Assembly: GCA_963677925.2 (NCBI GenBank)
Contig: CAXXYH010000004.1
Coordinates: 2,016,001 to 2,080,000 of the forward strand
DNA length: 64,000 nucleotides
Direction of reading: 5' to 3'
Source of the DNA: Spirochaetia bacterium
GTDB taxonomy: Bacteria > Spirochaetota > Spirochaetia > UBA9216
Of this stretch, positions 1 to 9,983 are shown piece by piece; position 1 is the first letter of the stretch, and each line of letters begins with the position of its first letter. The translations under genes and the position numbers were made by a program. The notes below the pieces were generated by a model, which did not search any database, was not told where the DNA came from, and saw nothing but the letters and a program-made list of their open reading frames with translations.

Positions 1-1855
1 GAAATTGAATCCCTTCGATTGCTGTTCCTCGGTAGGGGTCGATGACCGTACCGGTAATGTTTATTGCAGCACCGAATTTAGTATTATCTGAAGGTGAGGA
101 TATGTTGATAACCGGTGGGATATTACCATCTGACAGAATAAAGATTTTTCTTCCTGTATTTCCATTAAAGTCTTCTGCGGAAATTTCAAGAGGCAGTAAT
201 CCGTTGTATTTTCTAATTGGTATTTCAAATTCAAACCCGCCGTTCTCATCGAAAAAAACAGAACCGGTCATGCCGGTTCTGCCGGGAATGTTCCAGTTTA
301 ATGCTTTTACTGATTCTATTCCGCTGATTGAATCCTGCGGAGCAGATAGTCTGCCTTTGACATGTATTCCGGATTTATAAAATCCGCCCTGTACAGGCTG
401 CTGAATATCGATGAAAGGGCCTGCCTGGCTGTTGTATATTTTCAGGAAAAGTTCAGATATTTCATCTCCTGAATGGGCATTTAATTTGATAAGAGCAGTA
501 TCGCCAAGACCGCTGGTTCTTACATCAAAAGTGTAGAGTCCGGATTCTACATCAGCTGTTCCTGAAAGCCCGGTTCCTACAATATTCCAGCTTATCTTTT
601 GAACCCTTTCAGACTCACCGGAAACTGAAATACTGTCGGTAAAGGCGGTTCCGTTTCCGGGATTTGTAATATTAAACAGGAAGCTGTTTTCTGATGTATA
701 TAGAGTCAGATAATCACTGCTGATATTATTATTAAAATCTTCTGCTGTGAACTGAAGCAGTACCGAGGGTGACTCGGAGAAGTTGCCTGTTAAATGGTTG
801 AGCGGAAAATTAAAGAAACCTTCTTCAGTAAAGTCGATGCTGTATATTTCTGATGTGTTGAGACAGGTCAGTTTAAAATCTTTAACTTCATTAACGGATG
901 AAGATTCCGCAGAATCCGTTATTCTTCCGCTGATTATAAGGTCTCGGCTGTATTCGGTCTGGTCCGGGGTTGTGAACTCTATGTACGGACCTCTGTTATC
1001 ATCAACCATTACAAGAATGTCTTCTGCCATGAGCTTGTCATCTGCGTATGCTGCAACCCTGCAGACTTGTGTGCCTTCAATATTTGTAAGATCAATAATA
1101 GCTTTAAAGCCATCCCGACCGGTTCTCTCAAGTTCTCCTGCTAATTCTGTTTCAGGAATATTCCAGGTTAATACCGCATCAGAAGGAATGCCTGACAGGC
1201 TTCCTGTAATATTTAATTCGGAGCGGTAGTAAAAGGGGGTTGCAGGTGTTGTTATGCGTATGTCGGCTGTTTTACCCAGTATCACCGCTTTGTCTACAGC
1301 AGGTTCTTCAGTAGGTATCAACTCAGGCCGGTTCACAGCCTCAGCGGTCTGTAAGTCAGGAGGGGGGGGAGCAGGGAGGGGCGGTTCAACCGCTTCTTCA
1401 GCTATATTTGAAACCGACAGCTCCGGCAGTTCTTCAGTTTCCTGCAACTCCGTTTCTTTTTCGAAAGGTACCGGCTCTGGCTGTTCAATTTGAGCAGGTG
1501 ACTCAGCTTCCGGTTCGATTTCAACAGGAACAGGCTTGCCGGTTTCAATTGATACCGGCGGAATTATCGGATCCTTTTCCTCGGTTACGGTGTCAGGGTT
1601 TGTAGGATTACTTTCAATATCTTTTTCAGCTGTTTCCTTTTCTGGAACAGTTAACGCAAGCGATTCGGGTTCTTCTTCCGGAGCTGCCGTATCAGTTGAG
1701 CTTTCCTGAGCCTCGGACTGTCTTTCTGCCTCAGAAGGCTGCATGCCGGTAACAGTTTTCTGTACTGCAACATCTTGGGTATTTTTAGTGCAGCCTGCAA
1801 AATTAAATATCAGGAATCCTGTCAGGAGAAGGAAGAGAAGTTTTTTTATTTCCAC
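1..1855 (-). CDS. Large surface lipoprotein with Glu/Pro-rich stalk and Ig-like beta modules (3' end runs off window)
   Basis: Not in ORF track. Manual translation from GTG at 1855 (TAAGGT-AAAAAA upstream) gives MEIKKLLFLLLTGFLIFNFAGC (lipobox FAGC), then an E/P-rich region and repeats such as FTAEDFNNN and ISAEDFNGN. The frame stays open to base 2. Confidence 0.8.
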   Translation of the reverse strand, partial: MEIKKLLFLLLTGFLIFNFAGCTKNTQDVAVQKTVTGMQPSEAERQSEAQESSTDTAAPEEEPESLALTVPEKETAEKDIESNPTNPDTVTEEKDPIIPPVSIETGKPVPVEIEPEAESPAQIEQPEPVPFEKETELQETEELPELSVSNIAEEAVEPPLPAPPPPDLQTAEAVNRPELIPTEEPAVDKAVILGKTADIRITTPATPFYYRSELNITGSLSGIPSDAVLTWNIPETELAGELERTGRDGFKAIIDLTNIEGTQVCRVAAYADDKLMAEDILVMVDDNRGPYIEFTTPDQTEYSRDLIISGRITDSAESSSVNEVKDFKLTCLNTSEIYSIDFTEEGFFNFPLNHLTGNFSESPSVLLQFTAEDFNNNISSDYLTLYTSENSFLFNITNPGNGTAFTDSISVSGESERVQKISWNIVGTGLSGTADVESGLYTFDVRTSGLGDTALIKLNAHSGDEISELFLKIYNSQAGPFIDIQQPVQGGFYKSGIHVKGRLSAPQDSISGIESVKALNWNIPGRTGMTGSVFFDENGGFEFEIPIRKYNGLLPLEISAEDFNGNTGRKIFILSDGNIPPVINISSPSDNTKFGAAINITGTVIDPYRGTAIEGIQF

Positions 1856-1890
1856 TTTTTTACCTTATGCTTCATTAAATATTATCCATA

Positions 1891-4800
1891 TCAGGGGACC
1901 GTCCAGAAAAGTGTGAATGATTCCGTTGTACTGTTACTGTGAATATCATCTGCGGTAAAATAGACTGTGTATGTACCTGAAGTTGTCAATTCAATATCAT
2001 CGGAAGCCCCGGTAGCTGTATTAACAAGCGTCAGTGTTGTTCCGGATAGTGTTCCCAAAAGATTCGGGGTTGCCGCTGTATCATAAACATTCCATTCATA
2101 ACTCGATGTATCAACACCGGAAATTGTGTCGGTTACTTCATCGGTTATGGTATAAGTATAAGTTGTAGAGCCTCCGGTTGTCGGACAGGAAGTCAGGTCT
2201 ATAACCGGGAAAGTATTATCGTAATCATAGAAAACGCTGAATGGTTCATCAGTTGAATTTCCAGCTCCGTCAGTAACAGTGAGAGTTACTCCGTAAATAC
2301 CTGCACCATCATTGAGATCAGATACTTTCAGACTGAAGGTGGAATCGGAATCATAATTTAAGTCGGCATATGCTGTAGGCCCTGTGATACTCCAGTTGTA
2401 AGTTAGTGACCCCGAGCCGTTTGCTTCATCAGAAGCAGATGAATCCAGATTATTATTTCCAGTTACGTAGTAATCATCAATTGCAGTAATTGTGGGTGCA
2501 TTCGGATCCCATTTGAAAGTATCAGAAACAATAGTCTGGTTTCCTGCGTCATCAGTTACAGTTAATTCCGCGGTATAAGTACCTGAGGTAGATAGAACAG
2601 TATCTGAAATATCAAGGTCTTCCGACTGCAGAAGGCTGGCTGCTCCTGAAAAGGTTCCGGGCCCTGAAAGACTCCAGGAGTAGGTGAGACTTGTATCAAG
2701 ACCGTCTGAGGTGGTCGCATCTACGGTAAAATCTGTATTGTACCAGCCGGTACCCAATTCAGTTATGCCTGCAGTCGGCACGCCGGTATCTATATCAAAA
2801 TCAAAACTTGAAGAACCGGAATTTCCCAGTTGATCATCAACAGTGGCTGTTGCTGTGTAGCTACCGTCTGTTGAGAAATTTGTATCATTAAGAGTTATCG
2901 TTGTTCCGGTAGTCGTATAAACTTCGGTACTGGTGCCGAATGTTACAACTGACCATGTATAAGTGCCTGTATTGACACCTGAGCCGGCGTCAGTTCCTGT
3001 TGCTGTAACGGTAATATCACTGCTTGATGCATTTATCCAGCCTGAAGGTTCTCCGGAGAATGAGATTGCCGGATTGCTTGTGTCCCAGACAAATGAGAAG
3101 TCTGAGTCTGCTGAATTCCCGGCTCCGTCTGTAACTGTCATTGTTGCTGTGTAGGTGTTGTCGGAGGCCCCTGTGATATTTACATTAAGCTCTGTGTTAT
3201 CCGCCATGGTGGAGCCAGTTGGGCTAATTGCCCATTCGACTGTATATCCGTTATCATCGCCGGCTGTAGCCGTTATTTGTGTGAATCCCGCGTCCTTTGA
3301 AGAGGCGCCGGAATAGCTGGAGCCAGCATTGTATGTGTCTACAACAGTATCCTTTTCTATTGTTGCAATCGAACTGTCAGGACCATAGTTTCCGGCAGCA
3401 TCCGAGATTTTTGCCACAAAGGTTCGGTCTCCATCTGAACCGGCTAGAGGCGTTGCAGCTGTAAAAGCAAATGGAGTGGGATTTATACTGCTGTTATAGG
3501 TTGTCTGAGCCAGTTGTGTTCCTGTATTAGAACTGGAACCAAGATATAGTCGTATTACATCACCATCGATGGCTCCGCTTGAGGAAGCATCTACTGTAAG
3601 TGTTACTGAACCTGACATATCTGAAGCATTGATGAATCCGGGATAACTTCCGGTTTTTACCGGAGCAGCAGGGGTTCCTGTAGGAGCGGAGTTATCATAG
3701 TAAAGATTCGTTGTTATTATATCTGAGCTTGAGGGGTTTCCGGCTGCATCTGTTAATTCAATCTCAATAGTAAGCTGGCTTTGATCTGTGAGATCGTCAT
3801 CCTGCATTACATAATCTGCTTCCCACCTGCTGTTAGATTCAGAGTAAACAATATCTGAGGATGGTATTTCAAAACTTCCGCCGGTTGAGCCTGAAACTGT
3901 AATAACTGGTTTACCATTAAGAACACGGTCGACAGTGAAGTAGATTTTAAGAGTATCGTATTCAGGGGATCCTGTAGCTCTGAGCCAGGTTGAAGCTCCG
4001 GATACATCATTCGATGAAGAAGGAGTTGAAGCTTGAAGTGTATAGATATCTGATGCTGTGAATGGGCTGTAAAAATACAGTCCGCTATCAGTTTCAGTTC
4101 TTGTATTTCCTGCAAGATCTGAGATTGTAATCTGATAATCAATGGAATTGCCTGCATCAGCAGAAGCCGGGACGGTGTCGAAATCAAATGTAGCTGTATA
4201 AGTTGATCCGGATGCATTAAGAGTTTTGGGATCCTGGTTGTAAATTTTTAGATTTTCAATTTGATTGAATCCTGAATTATCATCATTAACTGTGAAGACC
4301 AGCGTTGCTGTGTCATTGGGATTGAGATAATTTCCATTAGAGCCGGTGAAGCCGGTAACTGAAACAGTCGGTTCCACGCTGTCATTTATCAGTGTGACAT
4401 ATTTTGTATTTATGGTATCACCTTGATCATCTGTAATAAGCAGTGTCGCATTTAAATTAACGTTAAACGCGGTCATTGAGGTGGTATCCAGAGTGAATGT
4501 AAAACTATCATCACCATCCAGGGCAAAGTCGGTAATTGTATAATCCGATGGCGGGGTCACCCCGACTACTTTGGATGAAAATGTAAGTACAGCCGATGAG
4601 ATTTCGGTATCTACAACGTCTCCGTCATTAGGATCAAGAAGTGAACCAGTGAAGGGTATATTTATTACATTATCAGAATAATACGGGCTGACACTATCGA
4701 ATGACAGTAGCATAAGATTGGATGGGGGAGTGAGCAGCTGCTGCTCCTCAACGGTATGTCCGTACTTATCTTCCGCAATGATCTTAAAGTATGCACCGTC

Positions 4801-5631
4801 GCCTATATCGATCGACAACCCTGTACTGAACTGACGCAGCTCAGGATCAAAGTAAAAATTTTCAGCAGGATCCAGATCATTGGGAGCTGCATACACTCCC
4901 TGTGCTGCATCCCAGTTCTCCGAACCTTCTCTTAAGTCCAGTTCTCCTCTTAGGCTGGTTCCAACTACACTCCAAATGAGTGAAACTATTTCATCAGCAG
5001 AATCGGAGTCTGCTTCTAAATCCGAATTCGAAACTGTTCCTGCGATGTAAACTTCGCTATTTGATAATGAATAAATTTTTTCTGCTGTAGAATAATCTAT
5101 ATGTGATTCAGCATAAAATCCGAAGTTAATAACCGGTCCGTCATTGTCAACAAGTGAAAGTTCCGATTTTATTGAATTACCATTTTTGTCTTCTGCTGTG
5201 ATTGTGAGTGTGATTCTGTCACGTAAATAAGGATCTGTAGTAGGAAACTCAAAGGAGAACTCACCTGATCCGAGATCGTATTCGATATCAATATCCCCGA
5301 AGGTGGTATCGGCTGTAAATGTATCATCAGCATTGAAATTTATTTTCCCCCGCCTTGTTTCATCATTAGCGATGGTGAAATAAATACTTGCCAGACTTCC
5401 TGCTCCATCACCATCTTCCATGACATCGTCAAAAATGAATCCGCTGACTGTAACAGTGGAAAAGAAATAATCACCACCGGAGGGGGTTTCGACTATGATT
5501 CTTGGTTCCATGGTGTCTTCTGCAAGAGCAACCTTTATAGGGGTTATGTCCTGCGGACAGGAGGTCAAAAGCAGTACAGCAGCTGATGCTGCTGTGAATA
5601 ATATTTTTTTCAAAGTAGTTCTTTGTTTCAT
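1891..5631 (-). CDS. Giant Ser/Thr/Asp-rich lipoprotein with multiple Ig-like/PKD-like repeats (adhesin-like)
   Basis: Likely start MKQRTT at 5631; lipobox LLTSC; recurring motifs TVTDGAGNS/TVDDQLGNS/TVTDDAGNQ followed by WD..P.I. Confidence 0.8.
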   Translation of the reverse strand: MKQRTTLKKILFTAASAAVLLLTSCPQDITPIKVALAEDTMEPRIIVETPSGGDYFFSTVTVSGFIFDDVMEDGDGAGSLASIYFTIANDETRRGKINFNADDTFTADTTFGDIDIEYDLGSGEFSFEFPTTDPYLRDRITLTITAEDKNGNSIKSELSLVDNDGPVINFGFYAESHIDYSTAEKIYSLSNSEVYIAGTVSNSDLEADSDSADEIVSLIWSVVGTSLRGELDLREGSENWDAAQGVYAAPNDLDPAENFYFDPELRQFSTGLSIDIGDGAYFKIIAEDKYGHTVEEQQLLTPPSNLMLLSFDSVSPYYSDNVINIPFTGSLLDPNDGDVVDTEISSAVLTFSSKVVGVTPPSDYTITDFALDGDDSFTFTLDTTSMTAFNVNLNATLLITDDQGDTINTKYVTLINDSVEPTVSVTGFTGSNGNYLNPNDTATLVFTVNDDNSGFNQIENLKIYNQDPKTLNASGSTYTATFDFDTVPASADAGNSIDYQITISDLAGNTRTETDSGLYFYSPFTASDIYTLQASTPSSSNDVSGASTWLRATGSPEYDTLKIYFTVDRVLNGKPVITVSGSTGGSFEIPSSDIVYSESNSRWEADYVMQDDDLTDQSQLTIEIELTDAAGNPSSSDIITTNLYYDNSAPTGTPAAPVKTGSYPGFINASDMSGSVTLTVDASSSGAIDGDVIRLYLGSSSNTGTQLAQTTYNSSINPTPFAFTAATPLAGSDGDRTFVAKISDAAGNYGPDSSIATIEKDTVVDTYNAGSSYSGASSKDAGFTQITATAGDDNGYTVEWAISPTGSTMADNTELNVNITGASDNTYTATMTVTDGAGNSADSDFSFVWDTSNPAISFSGEPSGWINASSSDITVTATGTDAGSGVNTGTYTWSVVTFGTSTEVYTTTGTTITLNDTNFSTDGSYTATATVDDQLGNSGSSSFDFDIDTGVPTAGITELGTGWYNTDFTVDATTSDGLDTSLTYSWSLSGPGTFSGAASLLQSEDLDISDTVLSTSGTYTAELTVTDDAGNQTIVSDTFKWDPNAPTITAIDDYYVTGNNNLDSSASDEANGSGSLTYNWSITGPTAYADLNYDSDSTFSLKVSDLNDGAGIYGVTLTVTDGAGNSTDEPFSVFYDYDNTFPVIDLTSCPTTGGSTTYTYTITDEVTDTISGVDTSSYEWNVYDTAATPNLLGTLSGTTLTLVNTATGASDDIELTTSGTYTVYFTADDIHSNSTTESFTLFWTVP

Positions 5632-5650
5632 ATCAGTAACCTGTAAATTC

Positions 5651-7840
5651 CTATTCCTCTGCAAAGGATATATTTATTCTTGAGGACCTGTCCGCGGCCC
5701 TCTGACCCTCTCCGCCTGTTGTGAGATAGGAATTCTCTCCGGCAATTTGAGGATCTACTTCGTATAGTTTTGTAATATAATCATTTGCTTTATCAAAATT
5801 TTCAAGTTCATAATAACATTTGGAAATAGAAAGAAGTATATATGAATAGGAGGAGGAGCTCTCCTTATTGCCTTCAATAACAGTTTTTTCGGCTCCATGA
5901 AGCAGTCTCAGGGCGTTCTGATATTCACCCTTCATGTAGTATACGTTACCGAGGTTAATTCTGGGCGAAAGGTAGTTTCGATCAAGCGAAAGGGCTGAAT
6001 TAAAAGCCTGTTCAGCCTTGCTGTATTGCCCCATCATGGCGCAGGTAATGCCCAGTTTATTATAACTGCCCTTACTTCCCCGTGCGATTGCGTCGTTTTC
6101 AAAGTCTTCTATAATCAGGTTCACAATTTTATCAAGATTTCCGCTGAAATCACTTACTATCTTTGTTCTGTCGCCGTACTGCAGTCCCAGATCTTTTTCA
6201 GTAAGAACTACCGGTCTGTAAACTTCCTGTGATTTTCTGGAGATATACAGCTGGCGTTTAGATGGATCATCATCGTATGCAGTGAATTCCTCAATTCCTG
6301 TTCTCCAGGCAGAGAGAAAATCGGTTTCACCGATAAGTGTAATTTCAACTGGAACCCAGAGTTCTCCGTCAATATTAATTGTCATATTCTTATCCGGGTG
6401 GAGCAGGTTGTAATTCTTTGATGGAACGGAGGTTTTAAACGCTGCATATATATGCCCCGGAACGGTTATAAAACCTGTTTCAATACCGACAGATTCAAGA
6501 AGACTGCAGAACAGCACTGTAAGGTCGTCACAGTCTCCTGTTGCCCTTGTGAGAGTGTTTCTGGGCAGACTGATTGCGTCTACAATCATAGGGTTTCCCT
6601 GTGCGGATTCAAAGGGGGAGGTAGGGTCTTTTTGATAGAGGACACCAAGTTCTTCAAGGGCATAATACAGCTGCATTGCAGTCTGGAGTTCCTGAGAAAA
6701 ACCGTCAATCGTATAATCCTTACAGGTTTGACGTACAAAACTTGAATAGTTACGCAGCGCACTGTCTGCAGGTGTTATGAAAGCTCCAACTTTGTTGTCG
6801 TCATCCCAGGTAAGGGATTCTTTGTCATATAAATCATAGGATACCGGAAATGACTGCTTGGCCGGCCGGCCGTTATAACTGTATGAAATCTGAATTTCTC
6901 CGGTAAGCGGTGTAATTCCTTCGGTTGAAAAGATCTGTGTATTAAATATAGCAGGTATATCAACTGTGACAGAATCTGAAGGTTTGAGTTCCTCTACTTC
7001 TGCTGCAAGAGTGGGGCTGTCCATAAAACCGGCCTGAAAAAAGGCCACAGAGAGATTTGTTACTTTCTGTTTTTCAATATTTTCGATTGTTACAGATGTT
7101 AGCGGGTTTTTTGCATAGTAGCTCTGCATTGGCGCAAACACAGCTGGAAACTCAAGTTTGTCAATTCTAAGGCTCCTGATTTCCGCCTGCGGGGCATCAG
7201 GATCTTCACCAAGCCGGTAGGACCCGCTGATCCCAAGTCCGTAAGTAAAGCCGTCGAATGAATCAAGGGTATTATTCAAGCTTAGAGTATATCTTAGCAT
7301 TGGATTGAAATTGATATTTATATTATACGAAAGATTAAAACCGACTCTTATTCCGGCTTCTGTGATAAAGTTTTTCTGACCCACGTTCTCAGAACCCTCT
7401 CCGCTTGGATCAGTATTATAATAGACCTGTACTATTCCGGTACTGATATCAGCACCGATTTCAAGCTGTTTCGAAAGCATATTACGGTAGGCTGCTCCTG
7501 CTTCAATATACAGCTGCCTGCTGTCAAAACGGTCTTCATTTGAAAGTATATCATCCCCGTAACCGAAGATTCCAAAACCAACTTTGCCGAAGGGCTGTAT
7601 TGTAGGGAATGCCGGAAGCGGATAAAATGCTGAGAAACTGAAATCATTAAAAAGATAACTGTCTCCGTAATCTGTTCCCATCTGAACAACCGGACTGAAT
7701 GATTTATAGTCCAGTCCGAATGCTAATGGGTATTTGTATTTCTGATTAATATCAACGTTATTCCCGACCTGGGCATGTCCGGATTGCGGTAACAACAGTA
7801 CTAAACCCGCGATCAGGAACAGAGATTGGACGATTTTCAT
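5651..7840 (-). CDS. Signal peptide + predicted outer-membrane beta-barrel + transglutaminase-like domain + TPR protein
   Basis: Amphipathic aromatic strands ending GLGISGSYRLG; GDCDD...PGHIY...WVPVE papain/transglutaminase-like triad; C-terminal TPRs (YNKLG..., INLGNVYY); GGAGG RBS. Confidence 0.75.
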   Translation of the reverse strand: MKIVQSLFLIAGLVLLLPQSGHAQVGNNVDINQKYKYPLAFGLDYKSFSPVVQMGTDYGDSYLFNDFSFSAFYPLPAFPTIQPFGKVGFGIFGYGDDILSNEDRFDSRQLYIEAGAAYRNMLSKQLEIGADISTGIVQVYYNTDPSGEGSENVGQKNFITEAGIRVGFNLSYNININFNPMLRYTLSLNNTLDSFDGFTYGLGISGSYRLGEDPDAPQAEIRSLRIDKLEFPAVFAPMQSYYAKNPLTSVTIENIEKQKVTNLSVAFFQAGFMDSPTLAAEVEELKPSDSVTVDIPAIFNTQIFSTEGITPLTGEIQISYSYNGRPAKQSFPVSYDLYDKESLTWDDDNKVGAFITPADSALRNYSSFVRQTCKDYTIDGFSQELQTAMQLYYALEELGVLYQKDPTSPFESAQGNPMIVDAISLPRNTLTRATGDCDDLTVLFCSLLESVGIETGFITVPGHIYAAFKTSVPSKNYNLLHPDKNMTINIDGELWVPVEITLIGETDFLSAWRTGIEEFTAYDDDPSKRQLYISRKSQEVYRPVVLTEKDLGLQYGDRTKIVSDFSGNLDKIVNLIIEDFENDAIARGSKGSYNKLGITCAMMGQYSKAEQAFNSALSLDRNYLSPRINLGNVYYMKGEYQNALRLLHGAEKTVIEGNKESSSSYSYILLSISKCYYELENFDKANDYITKLYEVDPQIAGENSYLTTGGEGQRAADRSSRINISFAEE

Positions 7841-7933
7841 GAAAAAGCCTCCGGGTATCTATACAAAATGATATCACGGAGTATAAATATTTTAAAGCGA
7901 TCTATTGTAAACTTAACTTGTAATGATTAAAAT

Positions 7934-9979
7934 TCAGTTTTTTAATCTGAATTTTGCCTTATTAAGAGTTTTTGTACTCGTTCCGTCGTATATACTTATG
8001 TATTTTTCCGCGCCCTCGGAGGCATAATACTTATTGTCAGTAAGAGAAGCTGCCCAGCTCAGGTCGTCAAATATGAACAGGTCCATGATACGGTTTCCAT
8101 TCGACGGATTCCATATTGTAAAGGAATTGTCCTGATTCAGGGAAATAAGTATGTTGCCGAAGAGTCTGATATCCCGGGGAATACCGGAGATATTGTCAAG
8201 TTTAGTGAAACCGCCCCAGTAAAGAAGTTTGACTCCGCTGAATCCCAGAGTTGTAAAAATCTTTGAACTGTGAGGGTCGGATGCAAATGTTGCCCCGATA
8301 TCCTCACCAGGAAAGGCAATGATGGTATCTGCCTTATCATGATTTCTTCCAGTATATTCTTTCAGTACTGTTTTAATAACTCCATTGCGTTCTTCAAAAC
8401 CCAGAGTGTACAGTTTCTTTGAAATATCATCATAATCAAGATCGAAGACAAGGAGACTTGAATCTTCAACCGGGACTGTTTCTCCGGTTTTTGTGTTAAT
8501 ATGAAGGAGCGGTGTAGTAAGGGTAGATGTGCTGCTTCTTCCGGCAATAATATTATTATCTTCAATAAACTCAACGGCACGCAGGCCGAAAGCTGTATAT
8601 TTAAACTCGGTTTCACCAGTATCCGGATCGATAACTCTGCATTCACCTGTTTTATCAAGCGTGAGGATCTTTCCGTTGGTATATTCTGCCGATACAAGCG
8701 GTGCGCTGAGCTGGGAAATTAACCGAACCGGACCGTCTTCAGAATTGAAAAGAACCAGCCGTCCGGCTTTTGAGCTCTCACTAGTCCAGAGGAGGTAATC
8801 TCCGTCACCCATGCTGCTGAGGCCGAAGGAACTGTCTTTCTCAAGAGAATATACCTTGGAACCTACTTCAGGGTTGATTGAGCTGCTCTGATTCTTAATG
8901 AAAAAGTCTGATGATATCCTCAACAGTCTTCCGGGAGCCGATATTGCCATCGTTTCTCCGCTAACTGAAAATCCGCTGATCTTAAGAAGCTTGTTTGCTG
9001 CAAATTCACTTACATCAGCACTGTTTATAGGGTTTCTGCATATATTTCCGTTCTCATATGAGGTGTATACAGTGCCCTTAACTGAGATAACGGAAGCGGG
9101 ATTGGTTCTGTTCCTGAGGGTGTAGGATTCAGGCTGATCTATTCTCTGACCGGAAAAGTCTGAAACATTCATTATAATATCAGTTTCTGAATCTCTGAAA
9201 TATACGAGTTTATCGGATTTTGAATCTATAGAAGAGCAGATATATTTATCAGCTGAAACCGATGAAATTTTCCTGCCTGTGATAAGATCGACTAAGACCA
9301 GGTTTCTGCCGTCGTAGGCAGTCATATATCTGGCGCTGGCAGAGAAGGAAATGTCTTCAAGGTTGGTTACAGTCTGAACTTTCTGCTTCATTGTTGAAGT
9401 GCTGAGATCCCAGTACTGAAGGTTTCCTGAGGGACTGTATGTAAGTATCGTTTTTTCACTGTCAGAAATAAAAACCGAGGAAACAATACCGAAGCCTTCA
9501 GTGAGGTAGGGCAGCTGCCTCCCTGTCTCGGCATCAAGGAAAACCAGGCTTTCCCATTCTGTTCTGCCGTATACAATGAAGTTTCCCTGTGGAGAAAATT
9601 TCAGAAACAGGGGAATCTCATTCAGTCTCTGACGAAAAAGCCTTTCTCCGGTTTCCCAGTTCCACACCGATAAGTTTACAGAATTGATCCCGTCACTTTC
9701 GATGGACGCAATGTAGGGTTTTGATGTTGAGGCTGATATCCTCCGGATAGGAAGATGTGATATCTGCAGCCTGTAAAGAAGCTGTGCATTTGATGAATTC
9801 CAGACTCTTACAGTTCCGTCATCCCCCCCTGAAAAGATAAGTTTGCCGTCAGCAGAAAAATCAGTATCTGATACAGTTCCGGAATGTCCGCTGTTAATGA
9901 GAAATCTGGAATCTTCTGCAGAGATGCAAAGAATTGGAAGTATGAATAATATAAGTACAGCGTAATAAAGTTTTCTCAT
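7934..9979 (-). CDS. Secreted WD40/beta-propeller repeat protein
   Basis: Start MRKLYY with signal peptide; GHSGTVSDTDFSADGKLIFSGGDDGTVRVWN is a WD40 repeat. Confidence 0.8.
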   Translation of the reverse strand: MRKLYYAVLILFILPILCISAEDSRFLINSGHSGTVSDTDFSADGKLIFSGGDDGTVRVWNSSNAQLLYRLQISHLPIRRISASTSKPYIASIESDGINSVNLSVWNWETGERLFRQRLNEIPLFLKFSPQGNFIVYGRTEWESLVFLDAETGRQLPYLTEGFGIVSSVFISDSEKTILTYSPSGNLQYWDLSTSTMKQKVQTVTNLEDISFSASARYMTAYDGRNLVLVDLITGRKISSVSADKYICSSIDSKSDKLVYFRDSETDIIMNVSDFSGQRIDQPESYTLRNRTNPASVISVKGTVYTSYENGNICRNPINSADVSEFAANKLLKISGFSVSGETMAISAPGRLLRISSDFFIKNQSSSINPEVGSKVYSLEKDSSFGLSSMGDGDYLLWTSESSKAGRLVLFNSEDGPVRLISQLSAPLVSAEYTNGKILTLDKTGECRVIDPDTGETEFKYTAFGLRAVEFIEDNNIIAGRSSTSTLTTPLLHINTKTGETVPVEDSSLLVFDLDYDDISKKLYTLGFEERNGVIKTVLKEYTGRNHDKADTIIAFPGEDIGATFASDPHSSKIFTTLGFSGVKLLYWGGFTKLDNISGIPRDIRLFGNILISLNQDNSFTIWNPSNGNRIMDLFIFDDLSWAASLTDNKYYASEGAEKYISIYDGTSTKTLNKAKFRLKN

Positions 9980-9983
9980 TAAA

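Noticed and set aside
1362-1369. G8 run as a phase-variation tract
   Set aside because: It encodes consecutive prolines in frame in the stalk; no disruption is seen.
42-1605. Plus-strand ORFs (112, 148, 79, 65 aa) in the ORF track
   Set aside because: Antisense shadows of the long minus-strand lipoprotein frame; no RBS or motifs.
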